Source: Trichoplax adhaerens (Eukaryota > Animalia > Placozoa). Taken from it: 64,000 nucleotides of DNA. The stretch covers positions 65,614-129,613 of the forward strand of contig NW_002060944.1 of the NCBI RefSeq assembly GCF_000150275.1. The letters are read 5' to 3'. Both the position numbers and the translations under genes were made by a program. Of this stretch, positions 1-12,400 are shown in pieces (position 1 is the stretch's first letter; every line of letters starts with the position of its first letter). A model generated the notes under the pieces. It worked only from the letters and a program-made list of their open reading frames with translations, had not been told where the DNA came from and ran no database searches.

Positions 1-805
1 CTATGTTTGAAGCCGGCAACAAGAAGAATGATACTCAAAACATTTAGCCGTGAAAGCGAAAGCAATAGTTTATTAGCTGTAAGTCATTTGAAATCGGAAC
101 AGCAATGTATAACATAAGATATAATAAAGCTACAATCGGTTACTTTAACACACCAGTATAGGGTTACTTGCTGTAAATAAGTAGCAACAAGTCCGACATC
201 AACAAATTTGGTTAAATTTATTTTACTTTTCAGTTAATAACGGAAGATTAGATTAATAACAATTGTGGCAAGACCGAGTCGTCCTGTACATAAATTTACA
301 TATGGCTATCATTACGCTATACGAGTATGAGTTTATGATAAAATTTTAAAAACGAGCAAGATAGATAGTACTTTTTGTGCTGGATAAGTCGACAGTAGCA
401 CAGCTCTGTACTGTACTTATACCTAAACCTAGTAGATCACATTCTATGTGCCTATAACAATTGTTTTTATGGTAAAGCAGTAATCCGTCTTCTCAATATT
501 GAAGATCATGGAACTGTAATGAAGTATTGAGAAAATTGTTGCAGATATATCTGCATAGAGTAATCTAGTTCAATTTTAATTTATTGCATTTCAACTCAAG
601 TTAAATAATTAATTAATAGTACAATTCTACAAAGGTGAAATTTATTATAATTTCTCGATTGTATGATAAAGTAAAGTTTTAATTATAGACTGTACAGTAC
701 AGAAAGTACAAGAAAAAGGCAGTTAAGTCTAGCTAAAGACAGACAACCGGTCGTGATTATTTATTAATTACTAATAACAGACGGGACGGCGTTTACTATA
801 TAGCG

Positions 806-1905
806 TTAGCGGTCCATAGTGGAGGCATTCTTTTCGCGATTTTGTTTAATTTCACGAAGGAGGGACGCAAGGAAATGGATTTCGTTTTTCGTGGCTTCGA
901 TCTTTTGTTGAAGCTTCATGTTTTCTGTTTCTAATTCCTTCTCAATAGTAGATAGGCTAGATACTTCTTCTTTCTTCTTTAGTCTGTATTTCAAAGCGGC
1001 ATTGTTGTTTTGCTGTCGTTTACGCTGTTGTTTGGCTGATGCCGGTAAATTATTCAGTCGTTTGCGTCTCGCATTTTTTTTGATTTTTGCTTGGACTTTT
1101 GATATTTTCAATGTAGATGATTCTGGTTTTATTTCAGCACCTTCGTTGCGCGCATCAACAGGATATGGCGAAGAATCGAACGATGGATGCATAGGGCTGC
1201 AAGCAGTCGATGCAAAAGGGCTTGAAGCATTGGATGTAAAAGGGCTTGAAGCATTGGATGTAAAAGGACTTGAAGCATTGGATGTCAAAGGACTTGACTC
1301 TGTCGATTCAAAAGGGCTGGAAACAGATGATGAAAATTCAGAGGTGAATTCACCGTCTGTGGCATTTAAAAGATCTTGTTCAACATTGGCGTAAGTATTG
1401 TCGATGACATCGTAAGTAGCAATTAAATCTGGGATAGTATCATCGATCCATGAAGAAGAAGTAGTGTTGGTTGTTGTGTTGGTATCATTATAAGCTAAAT
1501 AAAAGGGTAGAAACAAAATGGGAGCATTAGACCTTCAATCATGACTTTTCTATTCCTCAAGAAGTTTTTATTCAATCGTGAATCATTTTTTAATTTAACA
1601 ACATTTTCAGTACGCTTATCTGTTGTTTTTTTATTCATTTTACCTTCTTGATCGAAAACGTGTTGCGATGCCGATAAGCCAAAGAGTTTATTAAGTTGAG
1701 TTTCACCTAGAGCATTGATATCAAAACGTCCATCATTTTCGCCTCCCTTTTCAGCTAAGGAAGCAATGACCGGTTGGTTAAAAGTGTTTGACCAAGCGTT
1801 TTCGTTGCTAAAATCGTCTAGCAAATCGTTATCAAAAGGGAAATCAAGAAGGTCAGCCCCGGATGAGACTATAGAAGGGTCCATATTCAGGTCGTATGAT
1901 GCCAT
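806..1905 (-). CDS. ATF4: ATF4/ATF5-family bZIP transcription factor, 2 coding exons (1905-1644, 1494-806), 316 aa
   Basis: C-terminal basic region KQQRKRQQNNNAALKYRLKKKEE and zipper ending NEIHFLASLLREI resemble ATF4 (KKMEQNKTAATRYRQKK...EIQYLKDLIEEV). A GT-AG intron at 1643-1495 joins ORFs 1495..2013 and 806..1516 in phase (951 nt total). ATF4-type uORFs lie upstream. Confidence 0.88.
1193..1322 (-). repeat. 24-bp coding tandem repeat (SSPFTSNA-like, about 5 copies) in ATF4
   Basis: Unit aaagggcttgaagcattggatgta; protein SSPFESTE-SSPLTSNA-SSPFTSNA-SSPFTSNA-SSPFASTA. Confidence 0.9.
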
Positions 1906-2136
1906 GATATAATAAGTGTGGGTAATTTGAAGTCGCAGGAGAAGTTGAATGGTAAAAGTGAGCAAAACTAAATAAGAAAGACAAACGAAAAAAAAAATTA
2001 GACACGTTACCAATCAATTACTCAGCCTTTGGTGCGTCATTGAAAAAAAAGTCTACGACCGAATTGGCCATTTTCTTCACAGAAAAAAGACAACATAATG
2101 CTAGAAAGCAGTCATGACATGAGTTACTTACGCCAT
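1853..2136 (-). promoter_or_regulatory. ATF4 uORF2, spliced (2136-2132 + 1967-1853), 39 aa, overlapping the main ATG out of frame
   Basis: agcATGGC|GTAAGT donor and tttcttatttag acceptor at 1968-1969. Spliced peptide MAFAHFYHSTSPATSNYPHLLYHGIIRPEYGPFYSLIRG* passes the ATG at 1905 in another frame. Confidence 0.75.
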
Positions 2137-2205
2137 GCTGGCTAGGTTAAGCAAGTAGAGTGGAAAAAAAACGGAGAAAATAGCTGTAAAAAAGCTAAAA
2201 AGCTT

Positions 2206-2226
2206 CTAGTCACGTCGAGTTGCCAT
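2206..2226 (-). promoter_or_regulatory. ATF4 uORF1 (MATRRD*)
   Basis: agcATGgca in strong Kozak context, 6 codons plus TAG, ending 69 nt before the uORF2 ATG. Confidence 0.75.
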
Positions 2227-2275
2227 GCTGTTAGGGTTACAAACTTGACAAATGGATACGCTCAAAAGAAATAGA

Positions 2276-2868
2276 ATGACGTCGTGGCCAATGTTGCAGC
2301 CTGTATATACCGTAGGCCAGGGAGAAGAAGGGGTTTGACCGCGTTGAGTCCATGATGGTTTCTTGCCAGTACTTGGTACTGTATGTATACAAATGGAATA
2401 AACTGCAATAGTTACAGTGTACAGTACGAAGACGGTCGGTTGTTTCGCTTCAGTCGCTTCGACGACGGCTAAAAATAATAGAGGTCGTCGAGCAGGATTA
2501 ACCGGATCTTGAAGAAAGGCATTGACTTGGTTAAGCATGATGCAACAAACGTATGCGCAGACTCCGTCCTTTATTCTGTTCCGTTTATTGACCTATTTTC
2601 CTCTATAGTCGACAATGAGGTCCAATGGAGGTATGGTACCGACATTGGTACCGAGCGAGATTTGTCAAGGCAGCGGCGTTGAAAGAATGACTTTACTGTA
2701 CAGAGTACAGTCAGTAAAAAAAGATGACCAAAGAAAAGAATTGTAAAAGAATGAAATTTCAAAATATCCAAAGTAAAGTAGACTGTATCCTGTACTATTC
2801 TATTGGGATTAGAATAGTATTTGGTCATCTTTTCTCAACCATGGGTCTTTCTCATTTCCATGACGTCA
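2276..2868. promoter_or_regulatory. Candidate ATF4 promoter elements: CRE-like/CCAAT composite, CARE/AARE, perfect CRE
   Basis: atgacgtcgtggccaat at about 2276-2292, TGATGCAAC at 2538-2546, TGACGTCA at 2861-2868. Motif matches only. Confidence 0.4.
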
Positions 2869-3009
2869 CTGTCACAGGCAAAGTACATAGTACAGTACAG
2901 TACCGTACGATGCAAATAGGCGGCTGAAGTGCAGAATCGACTGACGTAGCCTGACTGAATGGAGACGACGGTACAAAGTCCACTCAAACGCCCAAGTGTT
3001 CTCAAATTC

Positions 3010-3555
3010 CTCAATCAAATGGCGTCGTTCAAAGCATGAAATATTTTCACTAAGAGTCCTAGAATTCCTCAATGAAATGGCGTTGTACAAAGCATGAAAG
3101 CAACATTCCTTGCGATTTGTCCAACAAATTGCAAGCTTGAAATGGCTTGCAATACTTTGTACGATATTTTCACTAAGAGTCCTAGAATTCGTCAATGAAA
3201 TGGCGTTGTACGAAGCATGAAAACAACATTCCTTGCGATTTGTCCAACAAATTGCAAGATTGAAATGGCTTGCATTGCTTTGTACGACATTTTCACTAAG
3301 AGTCCTAGAATTCCTCAATGAAATGGCGTCGTACAAAGCAGGAAAACAACATTCTTTCCAATTTGTTACAATTTTATCCAACAAATTGCAAGCTTGAAAT
3401 GGCTTGCATTGCTTTGTACGATATTTTCACTAAGAGTCCTAGAATTCCTCAATGAAATGGCGTTGTACAAAGCATGAAAACAACATGCTTTGCAATTTGT
3501 TGGACAAATTGCAAGATTGAAATGGCTTGCATTGCTATGTGCGACATTTTCACCT
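3010..3555. repeat. Tandem repeat, about 123-135 bp unit, about 4 copies
   Basis: attttcactaagagtcctagaattc(c/g)tcaatgaaatggcg recurs near 3043, 3166, 3289 and 3423; explains the periodic ORF 2872..3384. Confidence 0.92.
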
Positions 3556-4877
3556 TAAAAGCAACATTGTACAGTATGTTGAAAACCAGTGTACTTGGAC
3601 GATTAGGCACGACTGGAGTTGATGATGGTGTCGTAGTACTGGACAGTTACAGACTGCAACACCGTACAGTACATACTCTACTCTACCATGACAGCTAAAT
3701 TAGTATTTTACATCAAAAGCTGAAAAGCTTTTATTCTAAAGTGCCATGAGGTGTTGTGTTGAAAGCGAAAACCCCACTACCAAGTACACCTGTCATGTCT
3801 ATTAAATGTAATTACAGTTCATTAAAGGTTCCGTTTCAATGTCTTGTCGACATTGAAATTCATTGTGAATTTGGTAGACTGTGAATAATGATCAAAATGA
3901 TGATTATTATTCTAATTTTTATTATTATGTCCTTGAAATGATCCTACTTCTACGTGGATTCCTATTCTTGGGCTGGTAGACTTGGCAAATAGAAATGGTG
4001 TTTTGAGAACAGCAGCTCCATTGAAGCCTTGAAACAGTACAAACAGTACGATAGAATGCATTGCAATGCCAGTACCGTGTTGTAATGATTCAACTGTAGC
4101 ATCTTTTCATCATGATTCAATATTGATTTAGAGATGCCTTTCATGCATAAAATAGTTTCTAGCCCTTTTCGATAATGGCATGTTTGCAATGACTGTAATG
4201 GCTTGCAAAACATGATTGGACGTTGTAGGCACATGTCAGTTTGTTGCATTTGTAGAATAGAGTATAATTGTAAAATGTACATATTACAGTACTACGCATA
4301 TTACCCATGCACACTTATTTGCACAGCACTGTTGGAATGGAATAAATCAAATCAATCAATCAAACTTGATCTCTAGTCATGTATTTAGTGTTGGATTACG
4401 AGTTTACTAAGTGCGCTAGTCCATGGTGTTGTATTATTCATTCTGTATCTACGCGTATCTACGTCCATTTATATCGTTGCGACTCGCGGATAAGCTCGAG
4501 AACTCGCTGATAGCAGTCTACTCAATTTGATATACACAGGATGTAGAGTACAGCATATTGTATGGGAGTATGCAAATAGAAAAGCGTAGAACCTGATGGC
4601 TACCTTTAGCGACGGCCATCACTATGCCTTTAAACCGGTAATATTGAACTTATTTTACAGTAGTGTATTGCCCAATGTCAATCATTTCGCAATACGGTGT
4701 CTATTCGATTCGATCTGCGTGTCTCTAGCCTCTAGGTATACCAGTATATTATATACTGTGCTGTATGTCTTTTACAATCTCTCTTTGACAGCGCAATTAT
4801 AAGGGAGACCGTTAGCAACGCAGCGGGGTTATTAAATGGCCTATTCCCAGTAGGCTGTCTCATTATACTAGAAGGCA

Positions 4878-5362
4878 GAGCATGCCAGGCTTCTTGATCA
4901 ATCCGTAGACATTGAATATCCAAGTTATTCAACTTCTTCTTTCCTTTCTACTATACTTCCAGCGAGGTATGGTATGTATTGCTCGATACCAATGAAGGCA
5001 CAGCATGCCAGGCTTCTTGATCAATCCGTAGACATTGAATATCCAAGTTATTCAACTTCTTCTTTCCTTTCTACTATACTTCCAGCGAGGTATGGTATGT
5101 ATTGCTCGATACCAATGAAGGCACAGCATGCCAGGCTTCTTGATCAATCCGTAGACATTGAATATCCAAGTTATTCAACTTCTTCTTTCCTTTCTACTAT
5201 ACTTCCAGCGAGGTATGGTATGTATTGCTCGATACCAATGAAGGCACAGCATGCCAGGCTTCTTGATCAATCCGTAGACATTGAATATCCAAGTTATTCA
5301 ATCTCATCTTTCCTTTCTACTATACTTCCAGCGAGGTATGGTATGTATTGCTCGATACCAAT
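4878..5362. repeat. Near-perfect 123-bp tandem repeat, about 4 copies
   Basis: gcatgccaggcttcttgatcaatccgtagacattgaatatcc recurs every 123 bp; explains ORF 4974..5435. Confidence 0.95.
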
Positions 5363-6455
5363 CCATGGTATCTTTTTTATGCGGTGGTCGACTTTCAAGA
5401 TTGAACGCGAAGGCCTTTCCCCCTGTGCCGTATAATATTATCAAGTTACTACATGCTCTAGTGTGCATCCTGCTGGTTCATGCATGCTTTGTTAGATGTT
5501 GCCGGATGCTACTAGATGATATCTTAATGAGGCTGGAGACATTCTATACGTATAACAGCACTGTTCTATGGCTGCATGTTGTACTCCTAGCCTGTTGTCA
5601 TATCCTCGTATTGCTACTAAACTTTCCATACGCCTATTTAGAGTAGTTAGTGCTTATTTCTCCTGGGTCCTACAGTACTATCATGTGAGGTAAATATCTT
5701 TTTGCACATAACTTTATGTTCTATAGTGTAAAAAGACACAGTAAACTTGCACTTTTCTCGTGTTACACGCTACGCCTTGTCTTCAAGGAGCTACCTCGTG
5801 TAATTTCCATGCAGTAGAGTAAACTACAGTCAATCATACAACATCGTAGGCAGAAATGGAAGCACAATCAGGGTGCATGACTAATAAGCAGAATACAGTT
5901 ATTGCGTTGATAATGTCTTGCTGACTGACACAAAAAGACCATGTAATAAAGCTGGATGAAATGGGATTTACTGTCAGTAAGATGACTGACAAACAGAACA
6001 ACAGTAGGCCGCATTGACAGTAACAACGACCGAAACTTGCTGAAAGCATAACACAGACGTGTAATTCATGTGGAAAGCGTGTATTAAATTATTTCCAACT
6101 AAAACGTTCAACAAAACCAAACCTGACAATATTGACAAGAGAGTCAAAAATTCTCTTGATAAAACACTGTATGCTAATGTATTTATCGTATTAACACAAT
6201 TTCGACAACAATTGAAAGCCTATCCTTACTTTTGGAATTTATAATAAATACAAGGTTGAAAATTTGATTGTTTCCTACTACAATATCTGAGCTGTTAGAT
6301 TACACACTAGTAAAAGACGTTGACAAATTTGAAATTACAATTGTTATTAATAGGGTGTAATATTATCAAATTGAACATAAAGAATAATCAATTCCTACCA
6401 AACCATATAGGTTGTATCTTTTGTTATTGGTACTGTCTATTAATTTTGCTTTGAA

Positions 6456-9400
6456 CTAGTGGCGTTGATATTGACTTAAAGCAATTTCTACCTTTTGTAT
6501 CTCAGTTCTGAGGTGATGTTGTAAATTTCGTAATTGATTAATTGATAAAATTTTTAGATCTTCAATATTCAAATTAATACTCATGGTACTATTTTCATCG
6601 ATATTTCTACCGCCAGCGTTAGACTGAATTATCATATCCAATTTAGATTGAATCTGTTGACAAGAATGGATACAATCAATTATTTTATTGACGGACAAAA
6701 TCCTACCAGTTAAGGTAGTTCAAATTATCCCATTTTGCTTGGTGTATTATCAACAGTGATAAGGATTGACTTACTCTATCTCGTTGTGTCAAAGTACGTT
6801 CTCTTTCGTGTTCGGCTAGTCTATATTTTTGGGCCATTTCTTGTGCTTCTTTTTTATATGAATCGCAAGTAGATTTAAGTTGAGCCCATGACTCTTGTAT
6901 AGACTTCAATTTAGAGTTTGATTCCGATAGTTGATCTCGTAGTAATTGATATTCATTATCACTTCTATTAACAATACTCGATTCTAACATCTTGACGGGA
7001 ACATTATTATTCGTACTAATAGACATAGGTGAGCCAAAAGATGTTAATAAATTGGGAAGCATAGGAGGTTGCCCATGTCGATGACCCATTTGTCCTTGAT
7101 TTATAAGTACCGAAGACTATACAACATCAAAAAGTAAGCAAATTAATGATACAATCATCGACTGCATGTACATCAAAACGCTTCATCAATTGATCACTCA
7201 TCCACTTACATCTGTAGAACTGAAGCTATTAAATGCCGATTGAAAGATATCTCCTTTCATATGAAAGGTATCATCTCTCGTGGTTGGGCTATCTTGCCTT
7301 CCTCCTTCTAATGAAACTTTTCTACCTATTGGTCCTATATTGGAAGTGGCCTGCTCAGTCATATTTAATTTATTTAATTTATCTAACTCTTCGAATAGAT
7401 CACTGCCACCATCATCCCCAGCTGTAAAGTCATTAAGATTAGATCCTTTAAAGCCAGAAGAAACCGAAGTAGGAGTGCCAGTTGATCCTTGGCGTTGCCG
7501 GTTAGATGAATTAGTTATAACAGAATTAAGAGGCTGTAGACAAGAGTGGTCAAAAAATTAAATTAGATCGCTATTGATTTTTACTAGGTTTAAAAAGTGT
7601 CTAATAATTGAATCATTGTATCGAAAGTGGATACAATTCATTTTCGACATGTATGAAAAACAATCAAGTCGTAATATCATGCCAATGATATGAGTATATT
7701 TTACATAAAGTACAACTCCATCCCTATATAATATAATTAATTCTTACATCATTGAGTCTAAAAATTAAACCTACAGTTGCTGCACCAAAGACATTTGTAG
7801 ATGATACTCCAATAGGACTAGTAGCTGAGGAATTTGTCATTCTACTACTTGACGGCGTACCGCCATCATCGTCAGTATCCGTTTGACTTCGGGTCACTTT
7901 GGAGACAAAAAGAGAATAATTGTAAGAATTTTCCTATGCATACAATTTATTACGCCAGCTTAAACAGTAAAATCGATCACACGACGACAAAGGAATAGTG
8001 ATCCTTACCATCATGGGAAAAGGCACAAAACGGTCCACGGGGACATTTACCAGTTTGATACATATCATTGCATTTACACGACTTGTAAATCTGTCGAGGA
8101 TGAAATACAATTGAGTTCAAGTACGCACATTTTAAGTTACTAAGCACCTTAGACGAATAAAATCATTCATCATAATTGCTCTTCGCTAAGCATGACTATC
8201 GTAAATAGTCTGTACATTGATAAAGTAGAAAAAGCTGCTCTTTCTAAAATTCAGTACTTGTACGTGTCTGTCTATGAGTTAATAATCCATTACAAAATCA
8301 ATTATCGTTAGCAAATTTACCTCCGGATGGAATTGTTGTTCCGTTCTAGTATGGCAATATTGGCATTCATCGCCGCTCTCACAAATAGTAGGATCTCCCC
8401 ATTCATCACCATGTTTAACGGTTGGACAAGGTATAGATCTAAAAGATTAGTGTAGTTTGTTAGACAAAATGTATAACCTAATTTTCAAGGTTGATACCTA
8501 AACTAATCTATTTTACGTTTCAGTACGTTAACTATTAGTAAACAGTTGAAAATTGCTTTGATATACTTGATAAGTGTATCACTAACCTGTATTTAATATT
8601 GGCCGGGCACCTTCTTCTATCTCGATTACTATGATAATACGGACAAGCATATCCTTGACGACAGGTTTTAGGTGGCTTATTACAAGGTTCGGTTTTGTAT
8701 GTATTGACGACAAAATTTTTATCTGTTGATAAAGTCAAGTAATCCATTGCATTAGAATCACTTCGCTAGTATTATCTTCACAATTGGCAGAGTGTTGTCA
8801 AAGTGAAAATAAGATATCTTTATATTATGAAGAGCTAACAATTGAATTTACATCGAAGAATAACAACATATAAAATCAATCAGTCACGAACCCTTACCAT
8901 GCCATAGGGAATCTTCTGGTATAATTTTTTCTATCCCAGCTTCTTTACGTTCTAAAGCTTGAATTTCACGAACATCGAAAACAGGTTGGCGTAGATCATC
9001 GTCACCATGAGCAAATGCACAATGTGGACCATTCTTAACACAAAAACCTTTTGAATCGGTTTCATATATACACTTTGAAGTCTTATAATAGCGTAAATGA
9101 TAACGACGTTCTGTATCACCGGCAGTTCGATGCAAATAAGGACAACTAAAAGAGTATAAAGTAAAAAGTTAGCAAGACAGTTTGACTGGTAACTACTGTA
9201 CAATTGTCAGTGCAGTCAACAAATTTTCAATTCCATCTTACGATTGCCAAGTGACTACATAAGTTGCTCAGTCTACTACCGATTTACGATCAGATGAATA
9301 CTGAAGATCAAAGAGAGCATACCATAAGTCATTTCTAGCATGGTAGAGTAGTATCGGCAACATAAAGAGTGGAGTAAATGATAGCATGTGGTACAATATA

Positions 9401-12400
9401 GGATATTGATGAGCTTATAATGGCAGGGAGTAAATAGCGAAGTTCAAGGATAGCTTATTGTATCATTATCAAGGAATTTATATATAAGCTTATGGTGGTA
9501 GAGTAACGTCAGGAAATAAACAGTGATAGCCTACTGAGCGAAATAAAGTAGTATTATCATTTAATTGAACTTGATTATAGTTGTTTCCGATTACAAACAG
9601 TAACATTATTGAAAGCATCCATAGGGCGACCTTATAGGGTTTGCTTCCTAATCCATCTCTACTACTGGTTAGAGTAACAGAAAAAGGGCAAGGCTAGACG
9701 ATGCCTTCATGACAAGTTTAGCCTTGAGATGGCACTAAGCCACAGACCATTTTACTACAGGACGACGTCTAGTGTGTTTGTAAAATTATCCTCAACAATC
9801 GCATCTTAATCGTACAACAGTAGGAATCGTGTCGGTATTGCTAAGCAATTACCTTGCGAAGAAATAAACAGCGATTGCTCAACTCCAAGGAAGTAACGAC
9901 GCTATCAGCTATTATGTGTTTTCCCTCATTGAATCCTACTCGACAGTCTGTTTACTATTGGTAGACCTATTTTATTGGATTAATTACATTACTGAAGCGG
10001 ATGCTGCCATATGAAGCATTGATGTCGCTTATTGGAACTATCCAATACATTCATACTGTACGAATAATGGAATCATTTAATAGAAAGCTACCACTATTCG
10101 TCGAAACACCTCCATGGATGAAGACTAACTTTATGAAATTATGTTGCCTACTTCATTCTGCATGAAGTAGACTGCCACTATTCACTACCACTTAAGATTG
10201 AACGAGTACTGTCTTGTTGAAACGATGTGGCTTAATTTCTTAGTAGAGCATCACTATTCACTATTGCGCATCATAGACAGAATAGCACCTTCCAAAAAAA
10301 AACGCTATGACCTACTCTATTAGTAGACTACCAATATTAATTATGAGGCACCATTGGATGAATAATGTCTTTTAGAAGGGTGATGTGGCCTGTTCCACTA
10401 GTAGACTACCACTATTTATTATCACACATCATTGAATGGATACTACCTTGTAGAAATGATGCAGCCTACACTATTATTACTAGCGTAGATTAAAGCATGG
10501 CTGAACGAATACTACCTTGTAGAAATAATGTAGCCTTAATCAGTAATTATTAGTAGAGTGGAGTAGACTAGTGCTATTCATAATCACTCATCACTGAACG
10601 GATACTACCTTGTAGAAAAAAAAAGTAGCTTCAATCATTCATTCTATATATTATTAGTCCAGACCACTCATATTCATCTCATCCACCATGATTGGATGAG
10701 AACTATCTTGTTGAAATGATGTGGCCTACTCTTGCATTATTTACGTATGAAATTCTTAGTGGAATAGACTACTACTCATCCCATACGATTGGATGACTAC
10801 TATGGTAGTACCTTGTAGAAATGATGTGTCTTACTCTACTATTAATCATCATCATATATCACTGAACGAATACTACTATACTTTGTAGAAATTGAATGGC
10901 CTAATTCATTAGTGCAGTAGACTATATACAATTGATCATTACTATATATTACTGAACGAAGACTATCTTGTTGAAATTAGGTAGTCTACTTTATTCTTAG
11001 TAGAGTAAACTACCACCTATCATCACCACGTATCACTGAATGAATACTGCCTTGATGAAGTTAGACGGCCTATTCCTTTATTAGTTCAGTAGACTAGTTG
11101 AAAAGGTATAGCCTATTCCCTTATTAGCAGAGTAGACTACCACTAATCATCATCACTCATCACTGATTGAAAACCATGAAGGAATTACTACCTTGCTGGA
11201 ATGATGCGAACTACTCTATCATTTATCATGATGCATCACTAAAGGAATACTACCTTATAGTCCATGCTTTACCCCATTTACTTACAGTACATTGCCACTA
11301 ATACATCACTCAATGATGACTGCCTTGTTGCAATGATGAACGGATACAATTTTCAAGCCTGAAACATCTTACCAAATCATTCTCCAATCTATCCTATACA
11401 CGTTGTATCTACTCGTACAATATACTTACTTATCTCCTGTTGGACAAATGCCTGTCGTTTCATCGTACTGGGTGCAATAAACATCCGGACTATAATTGAA
11501 TGTACCATCGCGTAATTTTTTAGGTCGTCTCCGACGTTGATTAAGGAAATGCCAATTAAAACAAGTATAAGGTCGATGAGCGGTGCATTTGTGTTGTAGA
11601 AAGGACTGGCATTGCTCAGTGCGGAAGGATTTTAGATACCTAAAACGATCATTAACATGATAGAATGAATAAATGGTAATGTCTACGTTCGAATCCAGTT
11701 TAATACAGCGAATTAATACAGCAATCAAGGAGGATGATGTTGAGTTCAAGTACAGAGTATCTTGAAATGATAGCAGCAATAAGAAAAGAAATACACACTG
11801 CTGCAAACGCGAAGAAGAAGATTACAATTATTCAAGTCAATCATCAATCAGGATTGCAAGGAAACGGTCAAGAAACAAGACGAAAAATGCCAATAAGAAT
11901 GACTTCTATCTAGACGTCATGGCTTGAATGGTGAAATAGAGCACGACGATAAGTGGAAAAAAAAAAAAAATGAAAAGCCAACGTGCACAAAAGGATAACA
12001 TAGTCAAGATGAAGAATGGTTGTAAGAATGGAAAGGAAGGGAGAAGACAAAATGACGATGACGACTATGCTCCCGTAATGCAATTATATTATCATTTGAA
12101 ACAACAGACTAGCAGGATCGACTGTCTACTACGGTCCAATAATGACTAAAACTGTCTAGTCTATGCAGTCCTATTCTATCCATTGACTGCTATCCTTTCA
12201 CACCAGCTCGCTGGAAGAAACGTATCCAGTTAATCCTATTTCTTCAACGGATTGACTGTCTATGACAACCATAGCATTTCATATGGCAGAATGGCTCAAC
12301 TTATGCAAAAGGCAAGATAGGGGTATAGAACTGAGAGCTACTCCTTTATGCGTCGAGCTTTCAACAGAATGTGCATGATGGATTGACAGAATTTTCCCTT

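Noticed and set aside
918-1394. 158-aa plus-strand ORF with ALDVKGLE repeats
   Set aside because: Antisense shadow of the ATF4 coding exon and its 24-bp repeat.
2872-5435. Periodic ORFs 2872..3384 and 4974..5435 as repeat proteins
   Set aside because: Open frames follow from 123-bp (multiple of 3) DNA repeats; no recognisable domain or gene structure.
5834-6049. Cys-rich ORF as the missing Unkempt RING exon
   Set aside because: Cys/His spacing in all three minus-strand frames does not fit a RING, and no compatible splice was found.
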